Source: Hydrolagus affinis (Eukaryota). From it: a DNA stretch of 64,000 bases. A program made the position numbers and the translations under genes. Every line of letters starts with the position of its first letter. Within the stretch, counting starts at the first letter, position 1. The stretch lies in NCBI GenBank assembly GCA_012026655.1, contig JAAILG010000953.1:1-64000 (forward strand), written 5' to 3'. Shown here one piece after another: positions 26,677 to 39,185 of the stretch. The notes beneath the pieces are model-generated. The model saw only the letters and a list, made by a program, of their open reading frames with translations, was not told where the DNA came from and did not search any database.

Positions 26677-27240
26677 GTCAGTCAGTCAGTCAGTCAGTCC
26701 GTCAATTAGTCAATCAGTCACTCAATCAATCAATACTTACATTTATATAGCGCCTTTCACGTCAAGAGGACGTCCCAAGGTGCTGTACAGTCAAGTAGGG
26801 ACAAGAGCAGGGGGCGAGGGGTCGGGGCAGGATGAAGGAGAGTAGGAAAATTGACTGTATATTTGTGGGTGAAACGCGACAGCCAAATTGCGCACAGCAG
26901 TGTCCCACAAACAGTTGCGGAAATGGGGCCAGAAGAGAAAGGGGGAAAAGACGGTCAGGGGGGAGAGGGAGGGAAAGGTGGGGTGGGGTAAAGTCAGAGA
27001 GGAAGAGGGTAGAGAGGTAGGGGGGTGTAGAAGAGTGGAGGGATTTGAATACAAGAGTGAGGATCTTGAAATCGATCTGATCCAAGCCAATGAAGTCTGG
27101 CAAGGACTGAGGTAATCGGTAAAGTTACTGAGGTAACTTTACCAAACAGTAAAGTTTGTTCAGGTGAGAATGCGGGTGGCAGAATTTTGAATAACCTGAA
27201 TTTTGTGAATGGTGGCAGAGAGGGATATAGCAAAATGGCA
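26326..27240 (-). mobile_element. L2 3' fragment interrupted by a chimeric insertion (26647-26992)
   Basis: L2 tail at 26326. The ORF resumes near 26993 (LHW..IDFKILTLVFKSLHSSTPPYLS). Confidence 0.8.
26647..26733. repeat. Compound (TCAA)n/(TCAG)n microsatellite
   Basis: Directly visible tetranucleotide array abutting an L2 tail. Confidence 0.95.
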
Positions 27241-28189
27241 AGGCATTGTGTAAAAAGATGCACAAAGATTTAATATACTGGGGGATGGCTAGGTTGGGCT
27301 GTTTTTCTATATCCTAGTACAAGAAACCCACTAAGACTGGAAGTCATATTGGTGCCTCAAAGATTGCCTCAGGTCAATGTCTGTAGTAAAAATAATCTTT
27401 CTTATAAATAAACAATCAGCAGGTCATTCACAATCATTTGTATTGGCTTTTTTGGAATATAAAACTGGACCAAAGATTAACAGTGTTTTAATACATTTTA
27501 ATACATTGCGTTATGTAATTTTACTGAAAGTCATCAGTGTGCATCTGGCAATTGAACTATTTAAGTGAAATAAAACCTCTCAGGTTATTCTATTACTACA
27601 CTATTTGCATTCACAAAGAGACTAAGTATTGCATTTACGTTACTGTTTGCCATCACAGCAAGGTAGCAGATTGGCGCTGATTTTAATATTGCCCACATCC
27701 TAAACTCTGAATCCCATTGGCATGCCTTTATTTAGTGTCAGTGGCTGTGCAAATATTAACATCTAATATAATACCTCGCAATTATGGTGTTCAGAATCCA
27801 AATCATAAGATTCATTATTTTTTAAGTCAGTTCCAGCATTCCAATATGCATCTTCAGAAATTAAACACATGCAAATAGTTTCTAATTCAACACTGGAGAG
27901 CTCAATTGAATAATAAAACAATTCATAAAAATAGTGTTGGGCAAAAAAAATGTAATTCTTTCTGAATTACATGAAGTTATGTGTGCAAGCTATCCCAGCA
28001 TGTAATTACAGAGGCTTCAGTTAACTCAAGATTTCTTGTACGTGTCAAATAGGGCTTAAATGTGCATCACTTAGAATTGAAATACTTGGGAGTGGTACCA
28101 TTGGATGCCCTCTTCGGAACCTTGGTTCTAATCAAGCACAGGAATAAAGAGATTAAAGCCTCCCCTCTTTACTGAGTTTAGTCTTGTAG

Positions 28190-28892
28190 GACTCCCCAAC
28201 TACCTCTGTGACTTCCTAACCCTTCATCAACCCCACCTGCTCCGTCAAGCGTCAGATAAGCCTTCAGCCACTTTGCCCCCAACCTTTGCAATTCCATCTC
28301 TCCGCCTTGCCCTCTCCCTAGGCTCCTTCAAGTCCCGCCTTAAGATCCTCTTGACCATGCCTTCGGTCACCCTCTTCCTCCCCCTTCCCTCCGACTCCAC
28401 CCTCAACTGATCCCAACTCCAACTCGGGTCCAAAACACTGACTGTCCAGCGCCTTGGGATGTCCTCCCAATGTGTAAGGCACTATACAACAACACGTTTA
28501 CACTTGTATAGTGCCTTTCACATGAGGCGGATGTCCCAAGGCGAAGGACAGTCATTGTTTCAGACCCGAGATGTGGTTGGGGTCAGGGAGGGTGGAGGGA
28601 AAGTGGGGAATTTGCGATGACCGATAGGACTGTTGAAGAGGAGGGTCTTGAGATGGGACTTGAAGGAGACTAGGGAGGGGGCAAATGCAGTTGCAGAGGT
28701 TTGGGGCAGAGTGGCTTAAGGCTCACCCGCCAATGATGGGGCAGGTGAGTCAGGGAATGAGGAGCAAGCCGGAGCCTGCTAAGCGGAGGCGCGGGCAGGT
28801 TGGTAGGGGGTTAGGAGGTCGCAGAGGTAGGATGGGGCGAGGCCATGGATGGCTTTGAATGTGAAAATTACAAGTGTAATTTTATTGTTGTT
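28190..28892 (+). mobile_element. L2 3' fragment whose tail is split by an antisense L2
   Basis: L2 C-terminal and 3'UTR sequence to 28489. The tail resumes at 28869 (tacaagtgtaattttattgttgtt). Confidence 0.85.
28487..28868 (-). mobile_element. 5'-truncated L2 inserted antisense into another L2 tail
   Basis: L2 tail and ORF2 end on the minus strand; TACAA duplicated at 28485-28489 and 28869-28873. Confidence 0.85.
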
Positions 28893-29346
28893 ATATCATA
28901 TTAGAAGGAGGCACTGTTCCAAGATTGAGGGATATTACTGGGGAAGAACTTCACTCTATAGCTACATTATATGTAATGCTGTAGCGATTGGTGCTGTTAA
29001 CTGGGAAATCATTATATTTCAGAGTCCTAATAACTTCACAGTCAGTACAAAAAGTCACCAAAACAACCACTTGTGCTTTAATCTCTGCAATCATTCACAC
29101 ATGTCTGACATTACATTTTACTCTGCATTTCCAATTAGGCTAAATTCTGTTGGCATCTGTCCAGTGTTCTCATCAATCCCTCAAATGACACTCTGTACCT
29201 AAATATCTGAAGGAAGTGTGAAACAAAATCTCAAAAAGAGATAAAGAACAGTGAATATGTCATTCAGATTTTAAAGCAATGCTATCCCCTGTTCAGAATA
29301 GAGAATCTTAAAATAGCTGGAGAAATCTGCAAATATAGAATGACAA

Positions 29347-29765
29347 ACAACAACAAGAACAACAAAATTACATTTATCGAGTGCCTTTCACATTGGGAGG
29401 ATGTCCCAAGGCGCTGAACAGTCAGGTCAGGACCCGAGCAAGGGAGAGGGGTAGGGTAGGGAGGAGGAGCAGGAGAGAGTTAGGAGGGGAGGGAGAGAGT
29501 TGGGGGGGTAGCAGAAGGCACAATCGAAGAGGAGGGTCTTGGGACCGGCCTTGTAGGAGGCAAGGGAGGGAGTGAGGTGAAGGGACTGTGGGATGGTGTT
29601 CCAGAGTATGAGAGCAGAGAGGCTGAAAGCCCATCTGCCGATGGTAGCGTGGGTTGGGCGGGGGACATGAAGCAGGCCGCGCCCTGCTGAATGGAAGTTC
29701 ATGGCAGATCAGAGAGGTGTGGGGTGCAGGGGCCAGGCCATGAATGGCTTGAAAGTGAAGAATAT
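29347..29765 (-). mobile_element. 5'-truncated L2
   Basis: LLHVPRPTHATIGRWAFSLSALILWNTIPQSL..SLASYKAGPKTLLF, with an L2 tail ending in (TTG)n. Confidence 0.9.
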
Positions 29766-30099
29766 TGAAGGAAGTTGACCTAACTAGTCGGTGCTAACAA
29801 CCCTTCTTCATCCCATCAACTATACCTTTCTATTTCCTTCTCCCTCGTACGTTTCCTCTTTAGTATATTAATGCCAAATTAAATAGACAATCCCACCACT
29901 GAATTCACACACCTTTAGTTTGGTTTGCAAATACTGCATTTTTCAACTGCATTATCACAATAAGGTACAATCAATTTTCAGATCATTTATGTGAAACTAG
30001 TCCACAAGCTTCTGAAGACCTGAATATCCAATGCTTTGTATTTATTAATGTAAATATTAATGTAACAACGGATTTAAGCTATTATCTACATTCTTCTCA

Positions 30100-30620
30100 G
30101 AGATCAAGTAACAGGACATATACTTGGTTCATTTCAGGTCCTACTTACTAAAGGCTATTGCTGTACATGGAGTTTGATAATTGACATTTTGAGTGATGAA
30201 AAGATATTAACAATTCATTGTGATAAGACCTAAATTCATCATCACAGATCTTCATAAGCCATATTTGGTCTAGACTTATTCATAGTTTAGGAAATAATCC
30301 ATCCTTTGGATGACAACTAAGAAGGATAGATAGGGACTTCACTGATGAATTCTGAAGATGATACCATCAACATAGAAACATTAGAATCAATTACACAATC
30401 TCAAGCTTGATCCCTTGTCCAATTCAGGAAAAGAGATCAAGCTGGACAAGGTGAAATTGCTGAAAATATCTTGGTTGGCAGAGATGGTGGAAGCATTCTC
30501 TCAGTCGGTCTGGAAAATGCAGATATTCCCAATGTTCTCCTCATCAAAAAGGAATGAATCTTCTCAGCTTGGAGTGAATCTCTTGGTGATATTCCTCACC
30601 AATGATGGTTCACAATGACC
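30100..30620 (-). mobile_element. Possible decayed DIRS-like RT N-terminal fragment
   Basis: Remnants GQGIKLEI and GLFPKL*I/V*TKYGL*RSVMMNL loosely match DIRS RT GYxLEF and GFYSxLFLVPKKDGSWRPVINL. Confidence 0.3.
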
Positions 30621-32374
30621 CTCTTAATTTCCCCAACTAAGATCGAGCACCTTGTCCCTGCTCAGCATCTGGTGCAAGCCTTTGCCTGACCACCCATGTC
30701 ACACCCCAGAAACTTCCATCATCTATCACAAGTCACAAGTTTCACCCACATATATACAGTCAATTCATTTTACAGTATATTCTGTGAAGCGCTTTGAGAT
30801 GACTAGAAGAACGTGATAAAGTGCCATATCAAATGCAAGGATTATTATTATTGTTATCTCTTCATAATCACACTCGAAAACCAAACACTACATTTTACAG
30901 TAGATCCTGTGAAGAACTGTAAGACATCCTCCTGATGTAAAAGGTGCTATATCAAATGGCAGAATTATTATTACAGTCCCAAAACTGACTGTTAAGCAAA
31001 TGGACAAATCAAGCTGGGCTCTCATCATTGCCATTAGTGTTCCACAGTGCTGTGCGTGACCCTCTCATGTGGATTAAAAAAACATTTAAAACCTTTCAGG
31101 AAGTTACAGGTGCAAAATAAATATAGCCAAACCTGGACAATCTCTATTTGAGTTTATAGCAAATAAATTGGTGAACCCCTCAGCTCAGTGTATTGATAAA
31201 ATGAAAAGAAAATGGCGCATTTAGCAGAGATTCTAAATAGAAAACTGAACTAAAGTGATGCATGAAACGTTTAAACCACAACAAAGAGAGCGGAAAATGT
31301 AAGTACGAGACTTGTGATAGATGATGGACGTTTATGTATGATGGTGTTACATGGGTGGTCAGGCAAAGGCTTACACCATACATTCCATTTTCTGAGATGA
31401 TATATGGCATGAAAAGGTGCATATATAGATCTATTCCAAAGAAAAGTGACAATTTTAATATCTAATGGCCGGTTACAATTCACACCATTAAAAAAAAACA
31501 AATAAAACACTCCTGGACAGAAGCTGTTGTAATCTGGGATATATTCAAAGGCTGCGTAACATATAGGTTGTTGTCTCGCTCAGTACAAACAGGATAGCTC
31601 ACTGGTGACAGTGGGTTGCAGACATTTGGTTTATTGTGTGAAAGACTGATATAGTTCACTCATGAAGGAACAGTAATTCACAGGTGAAATATCAGGCAGC
31701 TGTTTGCAAGACTTTCCTTATAAATGGTGTAAGGCAGACAATGTTTATCATAGAATAGGTAGTCTTACTTGTTTGTTAGGTTTAGTAGAGTCTAAATAGA
31801 TGGCAATATGCAGTTTGTGAAGCAAATGTTTAACAATTATTTGATGAATAAGGGGATGACATTCTCCTGTGACCTATACTTGAATGGGAAGTTTTATATG
31901 ATATTAGCATAGGCTTGGATTTTCAAAATGCCTTTGAGAAGTCTGTGCATCCACAGGTAAGGTCACAAAATTGGTGTAGGGTGCAATGTTATATAAAAAT
32001 AATATAATGATCCTTGCATTTGATATAGGTGGTTATCATGTCTTTGAGACGTCTCAAAGCGTTTCACATAATATACTGCAAAGCGAATTGGCTGTGTATT
32101 TGTGGGCAATGTTAGATAAAAGGCTGAGTTGGAAGACTGTTAGAAGGAAAACAGGTTGCCATGAATGGGAACTTTTGAGGGGACTCGGAAGGATGTCCCA
32201 AAGGAAATGAAGGAGAATGCTCAAACCAAATCGAACACAGCAATATCTCACATCCATTCATGAAGTGAATGATTAATTTTATTTGGTGGATTGTTCGCTG
32301 GAACATTGGGAAAAATTAGGATATGGTGAGAAGGAAGATAGTTGGGGAAAGGAGAATGAGGGATATGATGATAA

Positions 32375-33228
32375 TAATGAACCTTCCATTTGGTATAATG
32401 GTTTTTATGTCAGGATAATGTCCCAAAGTGCTTCACAGGATATATTGTAAAGTGGTATGATTGTGTGTTTTGTGAGCGAATGTGGCAACCATTCTGCCCA
32501 CAACTACATTCTATAAGTAGCCATGAACAACCAAAATTATTTGGTGGATTGATGGCGCTAGGAGAAGACTTTAGGAGAAATTCCTTTCTCTTTACGAATA
32601 GTGCCATGAACAGGCAGATAGGACAATAACAACAAAATTGCATTTATATAGCGCCTTTCATGTCGGGAGGACGTCCCAAAGCGCTGAACAGTCAGGTCGG
32701 GACCCGAGCGCGGGGGGTGGTGGGGGGAGGGTCAGGGTAGGGGGAAGGAGAGGGGGAAGAGTTAGTGTGGGAGCCGAAGGCGCGGTCGAAGAGGAAGGTC
32801 TTGAGTCCGGCCTTAAAGGAGGAAAGGGAGGAGGCAAGGCGGTAGGGCTGTGGGATGGAGTGCGGGAGCAGAGAGGCTGAAAGCCAGCCATCGATGGTTG
32901 GGCAGTTAGGGCGGTGGACGTGGAGCAGGCCTAAGTCTGCTGAACAGAGGGTGTGGGCAGGCTGGTAGGGAGACAGTAGGTCAGAGAGATAGGCGGGGGC
33001 AAGGCCGTGAATGGCTTTGAAAGTGAGGACGAGGATCTTGAATTCGACATCAGTTTAACGTCTCATCTGAAGGATGACACCCCCAATTATGCAGCACATC
33101 CCCCAGCACTACATTGGAGGGTCAGCCAAACTTCAGTACAGGTATTTGAATTCAAAATCCTGACGTGGCACTTGAAACTACAACCCTTTGACTCAGAGGT
33201 GAGAGTGCAACCCAACAGGCAGGCTGAT
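32375..33228 (-). mobile_element. Old Deu-domain SINE interrupted by L2
   Basis: gtttaacgtctcatctgaagga..gcagcacatccccagcact..tgactcagaggtgagagtgc. Confidence 0.8.
32627..33045 (-). mobile_element. 5'-truncated L2 nested in a Deu-type SINE
   Basis: L2 C-terminus and tail. The flanking SINE halves join across the insert. Confidence 0.88.
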
Positions 33229-34009
33229 ACCCATGAAGCAAATGAAGAACACATAGTTGAAGACAGGTAGTTGGGGAAAGGGGATATGGTGAGAAAGTAT
33301 GTTGAGAACGATCAAAAAAAGAACAGCTTTTAGGTCGAACGGCCTTTCCGGTGCTAAACATGATTATGTTCTTATGATATATGTATCTCTGAAGAACTGG
33401 TCTGTGTATGAAGGTTTGCAGCTGAGAAATTCAGTTATTATGGTGTAAATTTCACTGGCTTTCCTAGTCAAGATGACTGCAGTGAAAAAACTGTCTTCCG
33501 TGAATGGAATTTAATATTGAGTGCGGCCATGTGATCAAAAACAGGATCTCTGAGTTTACGCATTGCCAGGTTATATTTAACATGAAACATAGGAGGATGT
33601 TGCAGCTTGGAAATCCAAACTACCTTTGGAAGCTGGGTGATGGGAGCTCTGAATGTCAGGTTATTTTACTCAGTCTTAATACTGATAAGTTCAAATATCA
33701 AACCAGATGTGTGCGAAACAATGCATCAACCTATACTGACTTAAAACAGGGTTTGTCTAACTCTGTAATTAATGAATAATATTGTAGCATTTAAATACAC
33801 ATAAAACACATTTAATGTATGATAAAACCTCAAATATCTTCATTAACCACCTTTCTGATTATTTGTTACAATCAACAGAAATAGTAATCCACTCCTCCTC
33901 ACTCTCCCCCAACTCAGTTCCGACCTCTCGCTAATCATCCCTTACTGCACCTTTTCCCAACATTCAACACACACTGTGCCAATGATAAACTAATATTGAA
34001 TAAGCTAAT

Positions 34010-34535
34010 CAGGTTCAGGTTCCAGGACTCTTGGGTGTAGGTTCAAAGCCTGAATTGGGTTGAATTGAGGCCCACATATGGTTCAGTCAGTGCTGGGTGA
34101 GTGCCGCATTATTCTCTCTGGATATAGGTAAGTACATATGTCAGCCTATTCAGTCTGAATACTGGACTGATAAATTTAAATATCAAACTACAAATGTGTG
34201 AAACTACACATCAAAATATACATATTTAAAACAAGGTTTTTCTAACTCTCACAAAAGTGCATCTTTCATAAGGGATTATAAATTGTGGTACCACCTGCCA
34301 GCTCAGTAGACATTATACGTTCCACTGTTTGAAAAGAGTAGGGAGTTTCTCCTAGTGTCTTCCACAACAATCACCAGGAAAAATCGATCATTCACTTCTT
34401 AGCTACTCGTGGGATATAGCGGTGCTTAAACTCGTTGCTATATTCACCCATGAATACACAGGCACCTCACGTTACAGAAAAATCCTGTGAAGTACTTTGA
34501 GACATTTCGACAATGCAATATGACACTTTATCACA
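34010..34535 (+). mobile_element. Old Deu-domain SINE with an internal ~100-bp non-SINE insert
   Basis: Head remnant (gtaggttcaaagcc), Deu core (gggagtttctcctagtgtc) and tail. Confidence 0.6.
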
Positions 34536-34646
34536 TGCAAGAATTTTTATATCATTATGATATAATGTTATGAGATTATGGAATTTATGAAATTCACCAC
34601 TTACATATTTCTTGGTAAAGATGGGTAAAGGATGAATAAGAAAGAA

Positions 34647-34652
34647 TTTATT
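34647..34652 (-). terminator. Candidate polyadenylation signal AATAAA for the minus-strand gene (3'UTR ~35151-34630)
   Basis: TTTATT on +, followed on the minus strand by pyrimidine/U-rich sequence (ttctttcttattcatccttt). Confidence 0.5.
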
Positions 34653-35151
34653 ATATCAAACCTAGCAAGCCAGAAAATGGAATGTTGTTCAATGAAGTAA
34701 TTTCTGGCTCATTGAGAGAAAGTGATTTACAGATGCTCACGGGTTAAATTTCTGCAGGTGCAGTAGAATAGAAGATTGTAAAAAGCCCATGCAGATCCCG
34801 ATGGCGCCTGGTCAAGGATACAAGTGTCACTCACAAGGATGCTATCGGCTGTAAGAATCACGGAGCTGAAATAACAAAGTATTTCAAAGAACAACAGAGA
34901 GGACGGTAGGTGCCTCCTGCCTGTGTCAGACCTGCAGTCGGAAAACCAAGAGTTACTTCAGTGAGCACTTCATCTTATCTTAGGATGCTAGGAGACTTAT
35001 TTCTGCCATCGGTCTCCCAAGTATGTGAATGTCCAGAATGCCCTTGAGCGCACTCGTCTGTTGAGAGGCCCTTGTGACAATGGCCTGTTAAGATCTTCTG
35101 AGATTTTTTCTGTCTGTTTAAGAAGCCAAAGTTGGTGTCCCTCCGGACACA

Positions 35152-35258
35152 TCATTGAACGATATGTATTGCTACTCTGCTGGAGGCTGTTCCATCCCAT
35201 TCATTCGGGTAGAACACAGTTATTCTTAAGGAGAGCAATTTTGCATCCTGTACGCTTT
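35152..35258 (-). CDS. Putative terminal coding exon of an unidentified minus-strand gene: (E)SVQDAKLLSLRITVFYPNEWDGTASSRVAIHIVQ*
   Basis: Acceptor ...ttttgttgcttattgttcag at 35259+. The phase-1 frame is the longest open frame and ends at TGA 35152-35154. It joins in frame to exon 42743-42869. AATAAA lies ~500 nt downstream. Confidence 0.7.
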
Positions 35259-36009
35259 CTGAACAATAAGCAACAAAACAAAGTTCATATGTTGTTTTAT
35301 GTCTTGCTATTGTCAAAGGCATGGAGCTTTTTTTTTTGTGATCTTAATATACATTCCTCTATTTCTGCAACAACAACAAAATTACATTTATAGAGCGCCT
35401 TTCACGTCAGTAGGATGTCTAATATCAATTTTAGCTGGAACCCAAAGGTGAATCCTATTCAGAACCCCCAAACAACAACTTGCATTTAGTTAGCACACTT
35501 TATGCAGGGTAGCATCTCGCTAACTTGGTTACAACTGATCTATCGGCTGTAAGTCGTGAAATAAAATGGAAGTGCCGCGTTGTGAAGGCTGAGTTGACAT
35601 AAAACATCTGCATTTAAAAACTTTGTTGGGGCTTAAATGGAATTTCTGAACTATCTGTAAAAGGTTGCAGGCGGCAGGAGCCACTCACAGGGGAGCTCGG
35701 GAACCATTCCTGGGGGCATTAGGGACATTTTACTGATTTCTCATATCGCCAGTCTGCCCTTGCACTAACCTCACAAATTGTCCTGGCCAACAATCCCTTA
35801 AATAAAACTGGTCATTCATTTCTTCACTGTTTGTAAGACATTGTTACGTGCAAATTGCCTGTTGCGTTTGCCTACAAAATACACAATTTATAGTATATTG
35901 TGTAAAACATTTTGAAATGTCAAACGCACCAAATGCGAGATTATTATTATTATTCATTCCTAACCGAAAGAAAAACTAACATTAGAGGATATGAGGAAAG
36001 AACAGGGGT

Positions 36010-38815
36010 ATAATATTAGATTAGATAATAAGTGAGTTGAAAGCACAAATTCAGCTTAAAGGGATAATGTAGTAGCCATTACAAAGACCTGGCTGCAAGA
36101 TTGCAGGACTGAGAGTTAAATATTCTAAACTATAAGATCTTTAGAAAAGACAGGGACATTAGGAAAGGAGGAGGAGCATCAATATTGTTAGAATACACAA
36201 TTACAGCAGTGGAAAGGAAAGATTTCAGTAAGGGCGATCGGGTAGTGGAAACATGGGTAGACTTAAGGAATAGCAAAGGAGGTAAGACTCTGTTGGGAAT
36301 GGTCTTTAGACCTCGAGAGATGTGATGTAGTGGGGAAATGTATAAATACGGATATCAGGGAAGCATGTAGCAATAGCAATGTGGGAAACATTAATATTCA
36401 CATTAGACTGGGAGAAATAGGACAACACATTTCTAGAATGTATTCGGGATAGCTTTTTGAACAATATGTTTTAGAATCAACACGGGAATAAGCCTTACTA
36501 GATTTGGTGATGAGCAATGAGACCAAACTAGTTAACAATATGACAGTAAGGGAATATCTTGCAAATAGCTATCATAATACGATTGAATTTGACATTAGAT
36601 TAGAGAGGGAGAAAGGAGAATCCCAAACCAAGGTTTTAAATTTAAGTACAGCAAACTTTGATGGGATGAGAAATATATTGAACCCAGTAAACTGGATTGG
36701 ATTTTTAGTGGGTAAACCTGCAGATGAACAACTGAAGGTATTAAAAAAAAGTGATAATATACAGAACAGAACAAGTACATACCCCTCAAATGCTAAAGCT
36801 CAAATGTGTAGTTAAGCAACCATAGTGGACAAAAGAGGTTAGAGACTGTATCAAGCTAAAAGAGGTTTAACTCAAATGCAAGAAAAAGTGGGAATGCAGA
36901 GGATTGGGAAAATTACAAAAGACAACAAAGGGATACACAAAAGGTAATAAGAGGAGTAAAAAGGTAGTATGAAAAACACCTGCAAGGTATATTAAAATCA
37001 ATAGTATTAGCTTTCATAAATATATTAATAGAAAGAGAATAGTCAAGGGGACTGTGGGTCCGTTAAAGACAGATGCAGGTGGAACTATAACGGAAAATAA
37101 GGAAATGGCTGGCTTATTAAATAAATACTAAGCTACTACCTTTACAGTAATGAGTGAGGACAAAATGCCAGCAGTATGTATAGGGGAACATCAAAATAAG
37201 TCAAGGAAAAATGCTTACTAAAATTAATCTAAATTTAAAAATGGCAATGAAAATAATGACTCAAAATAGACAAATCTCCAGGAATTGATAATTTCCACCC
37301 CAGAGTGTTAAAGGAATTAGGAGAGGGAATTGCAGATTCAATCATCATCATTTTCCAAAGCTCACCAGATTTGGGAATTGTGTCCTTACATTGGAAAATT
37401 GCAGATGTCACCCCTTTATTTAAGAAGTGGGGATGGAGAAACCAGGAAACGACAGACCTGTCAGCTTAACCGTCTGGAGTACAGTACTGTGAAATATTAT
37501 CTGTTCAGAACCTTGGGAAGTCCTCCCAATGTAAAGGTGCTATAAAAATATAATTTTGTTGTTGTTAACGTCAGTGTAGAGAAAATAATGGAATCCATCA
37601 TCAGGGACTGAGTGTGTGAACACTTGGACAGATATGAGCTAGTTAAAGAGAGTCAGCATGGGTTTGTGAAGAGTATGTTGTGTCTAACTATTTTAGTTGC
37701 ATTTTTTGAGGAGGTGACTAAAATGGCCACTCTTATGAGAGTGTACTGTATATTGATGTTGTTTATATGAACTTTCAGAAGGCATTTTACAAGGTTCCAC
37801 GTTTGTTTGGAGGCAGGAAACGGAGAGTAGAGATAAAGGGAACTCTGTTTGGCAGGACGTGATAATGTTTGTCCCCCAGGGGTCTGTACTGGGACCTCAG
37901 CTATTCACCATATATATGAATGACTTGGATGAAGGAATAGAAAGTGTTATATCCAAGTTTGCAGAAAACACTAAGCTAGGAGGCTCAATAAGTTGTCTAG
38001 ATGGGAGTAGTAGATACAAAGGGAATTAGACAGATTAAGTGAGCGAGAAAGCTATGGCTGATGGTGTTCAATGTAGGGATGTGCGAGATCATCCACTATG
38101 GACTGAGAAAAAATAGAGCAGAATATTTTCTTAAAGGGGAGAAATTAAGAACTCTAGAAAAGCGAAGAGATTTGGGTGTCCATATCCACAAATCAATAAA
38201 ACCTAGTTCCTTGGTGCAAAATCTAATGAAAATGGTGAATGAAATATGGGCCTTTATCTCAAGGGGCCTGGAATGCAAAAGGGAAGAAATTAGGCTTCAG
38301 CTGTATAGAGCATTAGTCAGACACCATCTGGAGTACTGTATTCAGCTTTGGGCACACCTCAAGACAGATATATTGGCCTTGGAGGGGGTGCAGTGAAGCA
38401 CCAGGCCTAAAAAGGTTAAATTACAAGGAAAGGCTGCGTAAACTTAGATTGTATTCCCTTGAGTTTAGAAGGATTGAGGAATGGTTTAATTGAGGTAGTT
38501 AAGATGATAAAGGTATTCAATAGGGTAGATACATTTCATCTGGTGGAGAACCAAAATAAGGGGACTTAAAATTAGGACCACGCCATTTAAGAGTGAAATC
38601 AGGAAGCATTTTTTCCATTCAAAGGTAGAAATCTGGAATTTTCTCCCCCCAAAGATAATGGATGCTGTATGCATCCACACCTTCAGGAGTGAGGTTAATG
38701 GATTTTTGGCAGGTCAGGATATTGAGGGACATGGGATGAACATGGGAAATTGAAATTGAAAGGATTAGTTGAGGTACAGATCAGCAATGATATAATGAAA
38801 TGCCAGAACAGGCTC
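36010..38815 (+). mobile_element. Decayed CR1-clade LINE ORF2 (APE endonuclease + RT) with 3'UTR, antisense within the last intron of the gene
   Basis: Motifs VAITKTWL, RKDR..GGG, LDLVMSNE, WKIADVTPLFKK, SQHGFVK, DVVYMNFQKAF, PQGSVLGPQLFTIYMNDLDEG..SKFAENTKLGG and LVRHHLEYCIQLW. Many stops and frameshifts. Confidence 0.92.
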
Positions 38816-38819
38816 ACCG

Positions 38820-38993
38820 GTCATTTCAATCTACGACTATTTGTTGGACACTGCTGTGCGCTATTGGCTTCTGCCTTTCACCCACAAATCTACAGTCAAT
38901 TCACTTTACAGTATATTCTGTAAAGCGCTTTGAGATGTCTAGAAGACATGAAAAGCGCTATATCAAATGCCAGAATTATTAGTATTATTGTTG
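38820..38993 (+). mobile_element. 5'-truncated young SINE (core + tail)
   Basis: ggtcatttcaatctacgactatttgttggacactgctgtgcg..aagcgctatatcaaatgc. Confidence 0.88.
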
Positions 38994-38995
38994 CC

Positions 38996-39185
38996 GTGAG
39001 GAGAGAGGAAGTTAGAGAGGTAGGGGGTGCAGAGGAATGGAGGGATTTAAACATATGAGTGAGGATCTTGATGTTGATCCGTTCTGCGATAGGGAGCCAG
39101 TGTAGTTTGGCAAGTAATGGGGTAATCAGGTATGAAGTTTGGCGTGGGGTGAGAATGGGGTGAGAATGCGGGCGGCAGAGTTTTG
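38996..39185 (-). mobile_element. L2 ORF2 fragment
   Basis: Reverse complement gives ITPLLAKLHWLPIAERINIKILTHMFKSLHSSAPPTSL. Confidence 0.8.

Noticed and set aside
26647-26733. CRISPR-like or telomere-like array
   Set aside because: Simple tetranucleotide microsatellite with no spacers.
35203-35257. Frame reading KRTGCKIALLKNNCVLPE, reminiscent of TPGS2 KNNCVMPE
   Set aside because: Immediately followed by TGA, and no other TPGS2-like exon was seen; coincidental.
35025-35393. 122-aa plus-strand ORF
   Set aside because: Antisense to the better-supported minus-strand terminal exon, runs into a repeat tail and has no recognisable motif.
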